This document shows, piece by piece, positions 47,621-56,040 of a DNA stretch of 64,000 bases. The stretch is from contig CAWAYG010000005.1 of NCBI GenBank assembly GCA_963786205.1, positions 1,082,826 to 1,146,825 of the forward strand. Direction: 5' to 3'. The stretch is from an uncultured Acidobacteriota bacterium (GTDB taxonomy: Bacteria > Acidobacteriota > Terriglobia > Acidiferrales > UBA7541). The first letter of the stretch is position 1. Each line of letters opens with the position of its first letter. Under the pieces are notes generated by a model that saw nothing but the letters and a program-made list of their open reading frames with translations, was not told the DNA's origin and ran no database searches. Position numbers and translations under genes: made by a program.

Positions 47621-49615
47621 TTACGTGAGCCAGGCCAGCAATTGCGACAGCCATTCGCTGGCGAAGACCCAGATGGTTCTGAGCTTGTGCGCCGCGCGCG
47701 GATCGGGTTCTTCCGTGAAACTGTTGTTGAACGGATCGCGATCCAGCGGGATCTGGTTGCGCGCGTCAATTTGGGCAGATTCGATTTTGGCTTTGCGATC
47801 GTACTGGTAGCGCACCCAGCGGTCCTGGCCGTCCCAGTGCTCGACGGCGGTCGAACCATCGTCGAATTTAATATCCACGTCCAGCGGGAACACGAAATCG
47901 CCCTTGCGCACCACGGTGACGTAGGTTCGATACACTTCGTCCTTGTCGTTTTTCTTGGAGGCGTGGGCCGGAGTGTCCCACCACTTCAGCGGATCGGAGT
48001 GGGCGTCGGCGAGCGAATAGTTCAGGACTTGCGTGCCGTAGATTGCTTGATTGAAATACCAGCGCAGCTCTTTGCCGGAGACTTCCTCGATCGTTTTCAG
48101 AAAATCTTCGCCGGTGGGATGCGTGAACCGGTAACGCATGAAATAGGTGTGCAGGGCCTGGCGCAAAGTGTCTTCGCCGATCACTTTTTCCAGGGTGAGC
48201 AGCACGAGGGCGGTCTTGCCGTAGGTGATGTCAGCGTAAGAATCGCTATTTATGAATTTCCAGGCGAAGCGCGCGATGGGGTCCTTGTCTGGATCCGTAA
48301 AATAGCCGGTCTGCTGCAAGCCTGTTTCGCCCATCTGCGCGAACGGAAACTTCACTGCCGAGGTGTTTTTGCCGTAGAGCTCGTCCATCACTTTCACTTC
48401 GGTGTAACTGTTGATGCCTTCGTCGAGCCACGCTTCCTCGAACTCGTTAGTGGCGACCATGCCGTACCAATACTGGTGGCCGAACTCGTGCTCGGTGACA
48501 ATTTCTGGAGCCAGTACGCCTTGAGGCATGTGCACAGAGGTTCCCAGTGTAATTAAGGTGGGATATTCCATGCCGCCGGCGTCGATGCCGCCGTGCGGTG
48601 GGTCAACCATGGTGATGCGGTCGTACGGATAAGGGCCATACCATTGATCGAAAAGGCGCAGCGAGCCTTTCTCTGCGTAAATGTATCGTTGAGCCGACGC
48701 CATGTGTCCGGGCGACATCAGCAGGTGAATTTTTACGGGGCCTTGGCTGCCGGTCCAGGAGTCTTCGACGACGGTGAAGCTGGGGCTGGCGGTCCAGGAA
48801 AAATCGTGGACGTCTTCGGAATGATAGGTGAGCGTTTTCGTTCCGTCGGAATTATTCTGGGTGGATACCAGATCGCCGCCGGCGCCGACGATTTCGTTTT
48901 GCGGGACGGTGATTTTCACGTCGAAGGTGCCGAAGTCCGCGAAGAATTCTGTGGTGGCGTGGAATTGATGGCAGTTCCAGGCATTCTTCCACCACACGCC
49001 GACTTTGGGGAACCACTGGCCGACCATATCGAAGTCGTGGACGTAGCCGGTGCGCTCGACGACTTTGGGAAGCACGTCGCGGAAGACAATGTGGAATTGA
49101 ACGGAGGCGCCGGGGGCGATTGGTTTCGGCAGCGTGACTTGGAATACCGTGCGGTCTTCGGTGTTGTTATCGTCGGGATGGATGAATTCGATTTTATTAG
49201 TGAGGTCACCGGCGCCTTCGACTTCCAGTTTATCTACCGTGATCGAGCCTAAATGTTTGGGATCCCACTCGGAGTCCGGACCGTTGCCGCGCGTTCCGGC
49301 GAGGCGGACTTCGGTCATGAAAGTGGATTGCGGTTGGAAGGCGTTCATATAGAGATGGAAGGGGAAAGTTTGCTGCGGTTGGCCGGTCAGGTTTTTATAC
49401 GTGAGAGTTTCGCTGGCGGCGATGGTGTGCTTGGTCGGGTCGAGCTTGGCTTCGATCTGGTAGGCGACGATGCGGGTCGAGAGCGGTTTCGCTACCGTGT
49501 CGGCTGATGCGGCGGTGGGCTTTGCTTCCTGCGTCGGTGCGGGGGCTTGAGAAAAAACTGGGCCGCAGAAAATCGCTACGCCTGCGGCGAGTGCAAACAC
49601 TTTCGTCAATCTCAT
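47621..49615 (-). CDS. secreted M1 family metallopeptidase (aminopeptidase N-like)
   Basis: The ATG at 49615 gives MRLTKVFALAAGVAIFCGPVFSQ (signal peptide). It has the exopeptidase-type GGMEYP motif and HEFGHQYW-x17-WLDEG (HExxH...E). The 265-codon upstream extension in the ORF track overlaps hrcA and is rejected. Confidence 0.85.
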   Translation of the reverse strand: MRLTKVFALAAGVAIFCGPVFSQAPAPTQEAKPTAASADTVAKPLSTRIVAYQIEAKLDPTKHTIAASETLTYKNLTGQPQQTFPFHLYMNAFQPQSTFMTEVRLAGTRGNGPDSEWDPKHLGSITVDKLEVEGAGDLTNKIEFIHPDDNNTEDRTVFQVTLPKPIAPGASVQFHIVFRDVLPKVVERTGYVHDFDMVGQWFPKVGVWWKNAWNCHQFHATTEFFADFGTFDVKITVPQNEIVGAGGDLVSTQNNSDGTKTLTYHSEDVHDFSWTASPSFTVVEDSWTGSQGPVKIHLLMSPGHMASAQRYIYAEKGSLRLFDQWYGPYPYDRITMVDPPHGGIDAGGMEYPTLITLGTSVHMPQGVLAPEIVTEHEFGHQYWYGMVATNEFEEAWLDEGINSYTEVKVMDELYGKNTSAVKFPFAQMGETGLQQTGYFTDPDKDPIARFAWKFINSDSYADITYGKTALVLLTLEKVIGEDTLRQALHTYFMRYRFTHPTGEDFLKTIEEVSGKELRWYFNQAIYGTQVLNYSLADAHSDPLKWWDTPAHASKKNDKDEVYRTYVTVVRKGDFVFPLDVDIKFDDGSTAVEHWDGQDRWVRYQYDRKAKIESAQIDARNQIPLDRDPFNNSFTEEPDPRAAHKLRTIWVFASEWLSQLLAWLT

Positions 49616-49772
49616 CCATCCTCCCACGCGAAGTACGCTCTGAGGGGTGTTCACCAGCGGCGACAGCCCGTACACAGTATGATACGAGGCTAAGGGCGCG
49701 CAAGTTTCCTTTCTGGCGGTGGCACTTGTGTATGTGGATGTGCGTATTGCGCGACTGCTTTTTTGGGTCAAG

Positions 49773-49819
49773 TTGACGGCTTGCGGCGCAGCGTCTACAC
49801 TAAAATCAGATGGTAGTGT
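49773..49819 (+). promoter_or_regulatory. candidate hrcA promoter with overlapping inverted repeat
   Basis: TTGACG (49773-49778), a 17-nt spacer, then TACACT (49796-49801). The inverted repeat ACACTA (49797-49802) - N11 - TAGTGT (49814-49819) overlaps the -10 box. Confidence 0.35.
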
Positions 49820-49868
49820 TGCGGCGCGCCTGTGATCATGGTCGCCGGCTTCGTTTCGGTGGAAACTC

Positions 49869-50912
49869 ATGAGTCCAACGGTTTTACAACAGAAACGCCA
49901 CCAGCAGATTTTAACGGACGTGGTGCGCGCGTACATCGAGACGGGCGAGCCGGTCTCTTCGCGCAGCATTGTGCATCGGCATATTGAGCCGCTCAGTTCG
50001 GCTACGGTACGCAATGTGATGGCGGACCTGGAGGACGCTGGTCTGCTGTTCCAGCCGCACACTTCTGCTGGTCGCGTTCCGACGGCGGCGGCATATCGCT
50101 TTTTTGTGGAGCAAGTGGCCGCGCAGGCAACGGCCAGTCCCGCGGACCTGCTGTGGATTCGTCGCGAGCTTGCGGCGGCGCAGACTCCAGAAGCCGTGAT
50201 GGAGCGCGCGAGCCACGTGCTGGCCGCGGTTTCGCGCGGGCTGGGAATTTTTATCGCGCCGCCGTTGGCGCGCAGCGTCGTCGAACATTTGCGTTTTCTG
50301 CTGCTGCCGGACGGGCGCGTGCTGGTGATTCTGATTTCCGGTGGGGGAGTGACGCGCGACAAACTGATTCGGCCGGAGAAGCCATTTCTGCAGGCGGATT
50401 TGGATCGCACGTCGGAATATTTGAACCGGCATTACATCGGCTGGACGCTGGAGGCGATGCGCGCCGATTTGCGCAAGCAGTTGGAAGAGGACCGCGAGCA
50501 GTACGGGCAACTGGCGGGCACCGCGCTGATTCTCTGCGATCCGAGCGTGCTGGGCGATGTGGCCGACAGAAAAATTTATGTGGATGGCGCGGCGCAGATC
50601 GCTTCTTCGCCGGATTTTACCAATCCGGAGCAATTGCGCGAATTGCTCGAGGCCATTGAAGAGAAGGACCGCTTGATCGCGCTGCTCAGCGGCTGCATCG
50701 AATCGCCCGAGCCGGTGCACGTGGAGCTGGGACTGGACAAGATTTCGAATGCGGGAAAACATCTTGCCATCGTTTCCGCTTCCTATTCATCTAAAGATCA
50801 GGTGCAGGGTACTCTGGGCATCCTGGCACCGATGCGGATGCATTACGAGCGAGTGATTACCGCAGTGGCGTTCATGGCGCAATTTTTCTCTGAAGAGCAA
50901 GAGGGAGGCTGA
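49869..50912 (+). CDS. hrcA: heat-inducible transcription repressor HrcA
   Basis: 347 aa. The N-terminal winged-helix ILTDVVRAYIETGEPVSSRSI, LEDAGLL..PHTSAGRVPT and the position before grpE support the call. Confidence 0.9.
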   Translation: MSPTVLQQKRHQQILTDVVRAYIETGEPVSSRSIVHRHIEPLSSATVRNVMADLEDAGLLFQPHTSAGRVPTAAAYRFFVEQVAAQATASPADLLWIRRELAAAQTPEAVMERASHVLAAVSRGLGIFIAPPLARSVVEHLRFLLLPDGRVLVILISGGGVTRDKLIRPEKPFLQADLDRTSEYLNRHYIGWTLEAMRADLRKQLEEDREQYGQLAGTALILCDPSVLGDVADRKIYVDGAAQIASSPDFTNPEQLRELLEAIEEKDRLIALLSGCIESPEPVHVELGLDKISNAGKHLAIVSASYSSKDQVQGTLGILAPMRMHYERVITAVAFMAQFFSEEQEGG

Positions 50913-50917
50913 TTTCT

Positions 50918-51508
50918 TTGGCGTCGCACAAACAACATAAAGATAGAGATTTTGGGGACAAGGGCTTTGCGGCAGCAGCCGGTCCAGCGGAGGGCACCGT
51001 GGAGGACCAGTCTGCGCCGGATTCTTTGCCTGCGGGCGATGGATCGGCTGCCGAACAGATTGAGAAGCTCGTCGCTGAAAAACAGGATTTGCAGAATACC
51101 CTGGTGCGGCGGCAAGCGGATTTTGAGAATTACCGCAAGCGCGTCGAGCGTGAGCGCCAGCAGGAGCGGCATCGCGGCGCGGAGCAACTGATCGAGCAGG
51201 TGCTGCCTGTGCTGGATGCTTTCGACCTGGCGCTTTCCGGCCAATCAGGCGCGGCCAGTCCTGAATACCGCAAAGGATTCGAAATTATTCGCGCACAGTT
51301 GTGGAATGCGCTGGCGAAGCAGGGGCTGCAGCCGATCGAAGCAGTGGGGAAGCCGTTCGATCCGCATTTGCATCACGCGATTGAAAATGTGCCGACCGCG
51401 GACAAGCCGGAGGGCACGGTAATTGGGGAGATGCAGACGGGGTACATGTTTCACGATCGCGTGCTGCGGCCGGCGATGGTACGCGTGGCGACGGCGCCTT
51501 CGAACTAA
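50918..51508 (+). CDS. grpE: nucleotide exchange factor GrpE
   Basis: 196 aa, TTG start. It has a coiled-coil with RRQADFENYRKRVERE, then FDPHLHHAI and VLRPAMVRV. Confidence 0.9.
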   Translation: MASHKQHKDRDFGDKGFAAAAGPAEGTVEDQSAPDSLPAGDGSAAEQIEKLVAEKQDLQNTLVRRQADFENYRKRVERERQQERHRGAEQLIEQVLPVLDAFDLALSGQSGAASPEYRKGFEIIRAQLWNALAKQGLQPIEAVGKPFDPHLHHAIENVPTADKPEGTVIGEMQTGYMFHDRVLRPAMVRVATAPSN

Positions 51509-51602
51509 GACGCACGCGTGGCGCAAGCGGTACGGCGTGAGCGGAATGCGAGCAGCGATTCTCGCAGTACATCAATTTTAATTACCCGGAGAGATAAGAA
51601 CG

Positions 51603-52748
51603 ATGGCGGCCAGCAACGGCAATGATTTTTACGAAGTTTTGGGTGTGGAGCGTGGTGCTACGCCCGAGCAGATTAAATCCGCATATCGCAAGGCGGCTCT
51701 GAAGTGGCATCCCGACCGCAATCCTGAGAAGAAAGAAGAGGCCGAGCACAATTTTCGCGCGGCTTCCGAAGCCTATGCCGTACTTTCCGACGAACAGAAG
51801 CGTTCGGTGTACGACCGCTACGGAGCTGCTGGGCTGGGGAATCGCGGGTTCGATTCCGGCTTTAATTCGACGATCTTCGAGGAATTTCAGGATATTCTCG
51901 GCGATCTTTTCGGCTTCGATGAAGTGCTGGGCGGCGGGCGTCGCCGCGGTGGACGTGGCGGGGCACGAGGGCAGCGCGGCGCGGATTTGCGTTACGACAT
52001 GTCGCTAAGTTTCGAAGAGGCTGCCGCGGGCATCACCAGCAAGATTCAACTGTCGCGGCACGAACTTTGCGAAGCGTGCAAGGGCACGGGCGCAAAACCG
52101 GGCACGGGCATGTCCACTTGCACGACGTGCGCCGGGCGCGGGCAGCTGGCCTATTCGCAGGGATTTTTTTCCATCACGCGGACTTGCCCGGCGTGTCAGG
52201 GAGCGGGTCAGACGATCAAGGACGCTTGCGCGAGCTGCCGCGGCGTGGGGCGCATCGAACGCGAACGCACATTGGAAGTGGGCATTCCGGCGGGAGTGGA
52301 TTCCGGGACGCGTCTGCGCATGACGGGCCAGGGTGAGCCGGGAACGAACGGCGGCGGGCCGGGCGACCTTTACATTTTTCTCGAAGTGAAAGAGCACGCG
52401 TTCTTCGAGCGGCGGGGTTCCGATCTGATCTGCGAGATTCCCATCAGCTTTTCGCAAGCGGCACTGGGCGACAAGATCAAAGTACAGACGCTGAAGGGCG
52501 AGGAAGAGCTCGAGATTCCTGAAGGCACGCAGTCCGGGCAGATTTTTCGCAAGAAGGGCAAGGGCTTGCCCAATCCGCACGGCGGCCGCGGCGATCTGTA
52601 CATCAGCATCCGCGTGGTGATTCCGGCGAAAGTGTCGCGCGACCAGCGGCGGCTGCTGGAGCAATTGGGGCAGACGCTGAAAGTGGAAAACAAGGCGGCA
52701 GAGCGGAATTCCACATTCTTCGATAAGGTGAAGGATATTTTTGGTTAG
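51603..52748 (+). CDS. dnaJ: molecular chaperone DnaJ
   Basis: J-domain DFYEVLGVERGATPEQIKSAYRKAALKWHPDRNP, a G/F-rich region and four CxxCxGxG zinc motifs. Confidence 0.95.
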   Translation: MAASNGNDFYEVLGVERGATPEQIKSAYRKAALKWHPDRNPEKKEEAEHNFRAASEAYAVLSDEQKRSVYDRYGAAGLGNRGFDSGFNSTIFEEFQDILGDLFGFDEVLGGGRRRGGRGGARGQRGADLRYDMSLSFEEAAAGITSKIQLSRHELCEACKGTGAKPGTGMSTCTTCAGRGQLAYSQGFFSITRTCPACQGAGQTIKDACASCRGVGRIERERTLEVGIPAGVDSGTRLRMTGQGEPGTNGGGPGDLYIFLEVKEHAFFERRGSDLICEIPISFSQAALGDKIKVQTLKGEEELEIPEGTQSGQIFRKKGKGLPNPHGGRGDLYISIRVVIPAKVSRDQRRLLEQLGQTLKVENKAAERNSTFFDKVKDIFG

Positions 52749-52846
52749 GTAGAGTTGGCGCGGAACGCGCCCTTCACCAGGCGAGTGTTGAAATCAAAGG
52801 AGCTGTCAGGAAGGAACTGCAAGGCCAGCTGCAAAATCTTCGGCCT

Positions 52847-53068
52847 GTGCTGCTAACCGCACGCGATCGGTCGTTGCTGGAGCTGTTCGACGAGTTCGTG
52901 GGGCAAGACGAGTTTGAATTGGCGGTCCATGTGGTGTGCGACTTCATCGTTGATTCAGATTCTCCGCAAGTCAGCAAATCAATTCTCGATCAGATTCAGA
53001 ACTTGCACTCGGCGATGAAAATAGACGATGGCTGTGTCCAGATCCTGCCAAGGCCTAGGCCAGCATGA
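52847..53068 (+). CDS. small hypothetical protein, MafI-type immunity-protein-like
   Basis: 73 aa, GTG start. LLELFDEFVGQDEFELAVHVVCDFIVDSDSPQVSKSILDQIQNLHSAMKID resembles the helical MafI immunity family pattern (E-W/F-x-L-A-x-E-x-L-C-D). This is a by-eye call only. Confidence 0.4.
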   Translation: MLLTARDRSLLELFDEFVGQDEFELAVHVVCDFIVDSDSPQVSKSILDQIQNLHSAMKIDDGCVQILPRPRPA

Positions 53069-53161
53069 TGTGCTGACATCCTCCAGGTCTTCCTTCGACA
53101 CCGATTTTTCAATTATCAACCGATTGGGCTGATTTATGCGTCGCAGGGTACAATTCAACTC

Positions 53162-53893
53162 ATGCGACGGCGATTTTTCGTTGATAAATTCGAGGATGCC
53201 ACTGCTACCGTGCGCGGCGATACCGCTGAGCATTTGGGGCGCGTATTGCGTGCCGAGCCAGGGCAGCTTTACGAATTGAGCGATGGGGAACGGGTGTGGC
53301 TGGCGCGCGTTGAAAGCGTGGGGTTGCGGAAGCGCGGCGACAATCGCGTGGAATTTTCGCTGGTTGAACCGATCGAAGCGCGCGACCCGGCGCTGCATCT
53401 GCATTTGCTAATTGCGTTGGTGAAATTCGATCGGTTCGAGTGGTGTTTGGAGAAGGCTACTGAGCTGGGCGTGAGCGAAATCACTCCGTTGATTGCTGCG
53501 CGGACCGACAAGGCGTTGGTTGCCGCAGCAGCGAAGAGGTACGCGCGCTGGGAGAGGATTGTATTGGAATCGGCGCAGCAATCGAGGCGTTTGCGGCCGC
53601 CGAAGATTGCGGAGGCTATTGCGCTCGAGAAGGCCTATCGGGCTTCGAGTGCGGAGTGCAAGATTTTGCTTTCGGAGCGCAGCGATGCGCCGCCTATTAA
53701 TGATGTGTTGCGGGATGTCACGGCGAAGTCGGCGGAGATTTCGATTGGTCCCGAGGGTGGCTGGACCGACGCCGAGCTTGACGCCGCCCGCGCTGCCGGA
53801 TTTATGGAAGCGTCCTTGGGCGAGTTGGTCTTGCGTACCGAGACGGCGGTGCTCGCGTCGCTAGCGATTCTGCATTTTGCGTTGGACGCGTGA
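53162..53893 (+). CDS. rsmE: 16S rRNA (uracil1498-N3)-methyltransferase RsmE
   Basis: 243 aa. MRRFFVD..., the PUA-like N-terminus and the SPOUT C-terminus (IGPEGGWTDAEL ... LGELVLRTETA) support the call. Confidence 0.85.
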   Translation: MRRRFFVDKFEDATATVRGDTAEHLGRVLRAEPGQLYELSDGERVWLARVESVGLRKRGDNRVEFSLVEPIEARDPALHLHLLIALVKFDRFEWCLEKATELGVSEITPLIAARTDKALVAAAAKRYARWERIVLESAQQSRRLRPPKIAEAIALEKAYRASSAECKILLSERSDAPPINDVLRDVTAKSAEISIGPEGGWTDAELDAARAAGFMEASLGELVLRTETAVLASLAILHFALDA

Positions 53894-53902
53894 AGAAAGG
53901 CG

Positions 53903-53963
53903 CACCGCAGAGGCGCAGAGGACGCAGAGAAAGTCAAAAGACTTACACAGAGGACACAGAGGA
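53903..53963 (+). repeat. CAGAGG tandem-motif repeat
   Basis: CACCGCAGAGGCGCAGAGGACGCAGAGAAAG...CACAGAGGACACAGAGGAA. The reverse-orientation relative is at 59327-59377 (TTCTCTGCGTCTCTGCGGTG...CTCTGTGTACTCTGTG) and a short copy is at 35301-35328. Confidence 0.6.
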
Positions 53964-54154
53964 ATGGCGGAGGAAAATCTGCGAAAGACAAAGGCGCTTG
54001 CCACTTTGATTTTGGTTAATCTGTGTTCATCGGTGGTGGTTTTGCCTTTGCAGTTGCTTTTGCAACCGCTCGCGCGGGCATCGCATCTTAACCACGCAAA
54101 CGGCGCGCACTTGGCGCGCGCTATCTTGCCGTGTTATAAACATTTGAGAGCGGA

Positions 54155-54757
54155 ATGACGGAAAACACTCAGCCCGAGCCGCAAGAACCGCAGAACAACT
54201 CGACTTTGCCGCGTTTGCGGCACGAATTGCGCAGCTGGACGCGCGATTTGGCCGTCGCACTGGGTCTGGCGCTGGTCATCATCATCTTCCTGTATCAACC
54301 CGTAAAAGTGGAAGGCACCAGCATGGCGCCGCTGCTGAGCGATCAGGAGCGGATCTTCATCAATAAGTTTGTGTATCGTTTCGAGCCGATCGAACGCGGC
54401 GACGTGGTGGTTTTCTGGTATCCTCTGGACCATTCGAAATCGTTTATCAAACGCGTGATCGGATTGCCGGGCGAAACGATCGAATTGCGCGCCAGTCATT
54501 TGTATGTGAACGGCAGGGAGTTGACGGAACCGTACGTTCCGCCGAGCTATCTGGACGGTTCCAGTTACGGCCCGGTGCAGATTCCGGATGGAAATTATTT
54601 TGTGATGGGCGATCACCGCGACAGCTCGAATGATTCGCGCGTGTTCGGGCCCGTCAGCCGGCCATATATTTACGGCAAGGCGGTTTTCGCGTATTGGCCG
54701 GTGGATCATTTCGGCTCGCTTTCTTCTTCGTACACGGTGAACGCGGCATCGCGATGA
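54155..54757 (+). CDS. lepB: signal peptidase I
   Basis: 200 aa with a TM anchor, the catalytic GTSMAPLL (Ser) and IKRVIGLPGE (Lys), and GDHRDSSNDSR. Confidence 0.9.
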   Translation: MTENTQPEPQEPQNNSTLPRLRHELRSWTRDLAVALGLALVIIIFLYQPVKVEGTSMAPLLSDQERIFINKFVYRFEPIERGDVVVFWYPLDHSKSFIKRVIGLPGETIELRASHLYVNGRELTEPYVPPSYLDGSSYGPVQIPDGNYFVMGDHRDSSNDSRVFGPVSRPYIYGKAVFAYWPVDHFGSLSSSYTVNAASR

Positions 54758-54775
54758 AATATTCTGGAGGATACA

Positions 54776-55978
54776 CTGACGGAGCAGCCCGCAGCTCGCG
54801 CGACCCTCGCGCTGGAAGACGGACGAACATTTAGCGGCCGTGCCGCGGGTGCGCGCACCCGGCGGGGCGGCGAAGTCGTTTTTAATACCTCTCTCACTGG
54901 CTACCAGGAAGTTTTCACCGACCCCAGTTATTCCGGGCAGATCGTGTGCCTGACTTATCCGCACATTGGAAATGTGGGCGCGAATCTCGAGGACGAAGAA
55001 TCCGCTCGTCCGTATATTGAAGCGCTGATCGTGCGCGAATTTTCTCCTTTGGCTTCGAACTGGCGGTCGAGTGAATCAGCGCAGCAGTATTTGGAGCGTT
55101 ATGGCGTGCCGGTGATTTGGGATTTGGATACGCGCGCGCTGGTGCGGCATTTGCGGGACGTGGGAGCGTTGCGCGGAGTGGTTTCAACGGATGGGACGCC
55201 GGCGCAAAGACTAGTGGCAGAGGCGCGGGCTCTGCCGACGATGGCGGGGCTGGAACTGGCGGGGCGAGTTACTTGCGCGAAATCGTATGGATGGACGCAG
55301 GGATCGATTGATTTGGCTGCGCCGGTTGCTTCCGGTGCCGGCGTCGCGGCGGGAGCTGTCGCGAGTGGCGCGGCCACTAAGGCGGCTGCCGATGCGGGGG
55401 CGAAAGCGCAGCGCCGCGTGGTCGCTTACGATTTTGGGATTAAGCAGAATATTTTGCGGCTGCTGGTGGACCACGGTTGCGAAGTTACGGTGGTTCCGGC
55501 GCGCACTTCCGCTGCGGATGTGCTGGCGCTGAAACCGGACGGCGTGTTTTTGTCGAATGGGCCGGGAGATCCTGAGCCGGTCGACTACGCGGTCGAAAAT
55601 ATTCGCAAGTTGCTGGGGCGCGTTCCGATCTTTGGGATTTGCTTGGGACATCAGCTCTGCAGCCTCGCGCTGGGCGGGCGCACATTCAAATTAAAATTTG
55701 GGCATCATGGGTCGAATCATCCGGTGAAGAATTTGCGGACGGAGAAGGTGGAGATTACCGCGCAGAATCACGGATTTTGCGTCGACCCGGATTCGTTGCC
55801 GGCAAGCGACGTCGAAATCACGCACGTGAATTTGAACGATCACACCAATGAGGGCATGCGCCATCGGTCGTTGCCACTGTTCAGCGTACAGTATCATCCG
55901 GAGGCGTCGCCGGGGCCGCACGATGCACGATATTTGTTCGATGAATTTGTGACGATGATGGATGGGGCGCGACGATGA
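54776..55978 (+). CDS. carA: carbamoyl-phosphate synthase small (glutamine amidotransferase) subunit
   Basis: The CarA frame is open from the lepB stop. It reads [17 protein letters not shown]...[35 protein letters not shown], and the GATase catalytic GICLGHQL is present. There is no in-frame ATG/GTG/TTG before the GTG at 54944, which would remove about 55 conserved residues. I provisionally use the CTG at 54776, 5 nt after GGAGG. See findings. Confidence 0.8.
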   Translation: MTEQPAARATLALEDGRTFSGRAAGARTRRGGEVVFNTSLTGYQEVFTDPSYSGQIVCLTYPHIGNVGANLEDEESARPYIEALIVREFSPLASNWRSSESAQQYLERYGVPVIWDLDTRALVRHLRDVGALRGVVSTDGTPAQRLVAEARALPTMAGLELAGRVTCAKSYGWTQGSIDLAAPVASGAGVAAGAVASGAATKAAADAGAKAQRRVVAYDFGIKQNILRLLVDHGCEVTVVPARTSAADVLALKPDGVFLSNGPGDPEPVDYAVENIRKLLGRVPIFGICLGHQLCSLALGGRTFKLKFGHHGSNHPVKNLRTEKVEITAQNHGFCVDPDSLPASDVEITHVNLNDHTNEGMRHRSLPLFSVQYHPEASPGPHDARYLFDEFVTMMDGARR

Positions 55979-56040
55979 GGGACGGGAGAGACGGATTGGT
56001 TTTGTTGGCGACGCGGAAAATGGGATCGTAACGAGAGCGA

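Noticed and set aside
47615-49252. 313-aa and 219-aa + strand ORFs
   Set aside because: They are antisense to the M1 peptidase gene, which carries the GGMEYP and HEFGH...E signatures.
49616-50410. 265-codon N-terminal extension of the M1 peptidase ORF
   Set aside because: The extension overlaps hrcA on the opposite strand and is Arg/Ser-rich. A proper ATG plus signal peptide is present at 49615.
55290-55410. Ala/Gly-rich insertion in the CarA interdomain linker ([30 protein letters not shown])
   Set aside because: It is in frame, lies in a region that is variable among CarA proteins, and shows no sign of being a mobile or repeat insertion. It is probably just lineage-specific linker expansion.
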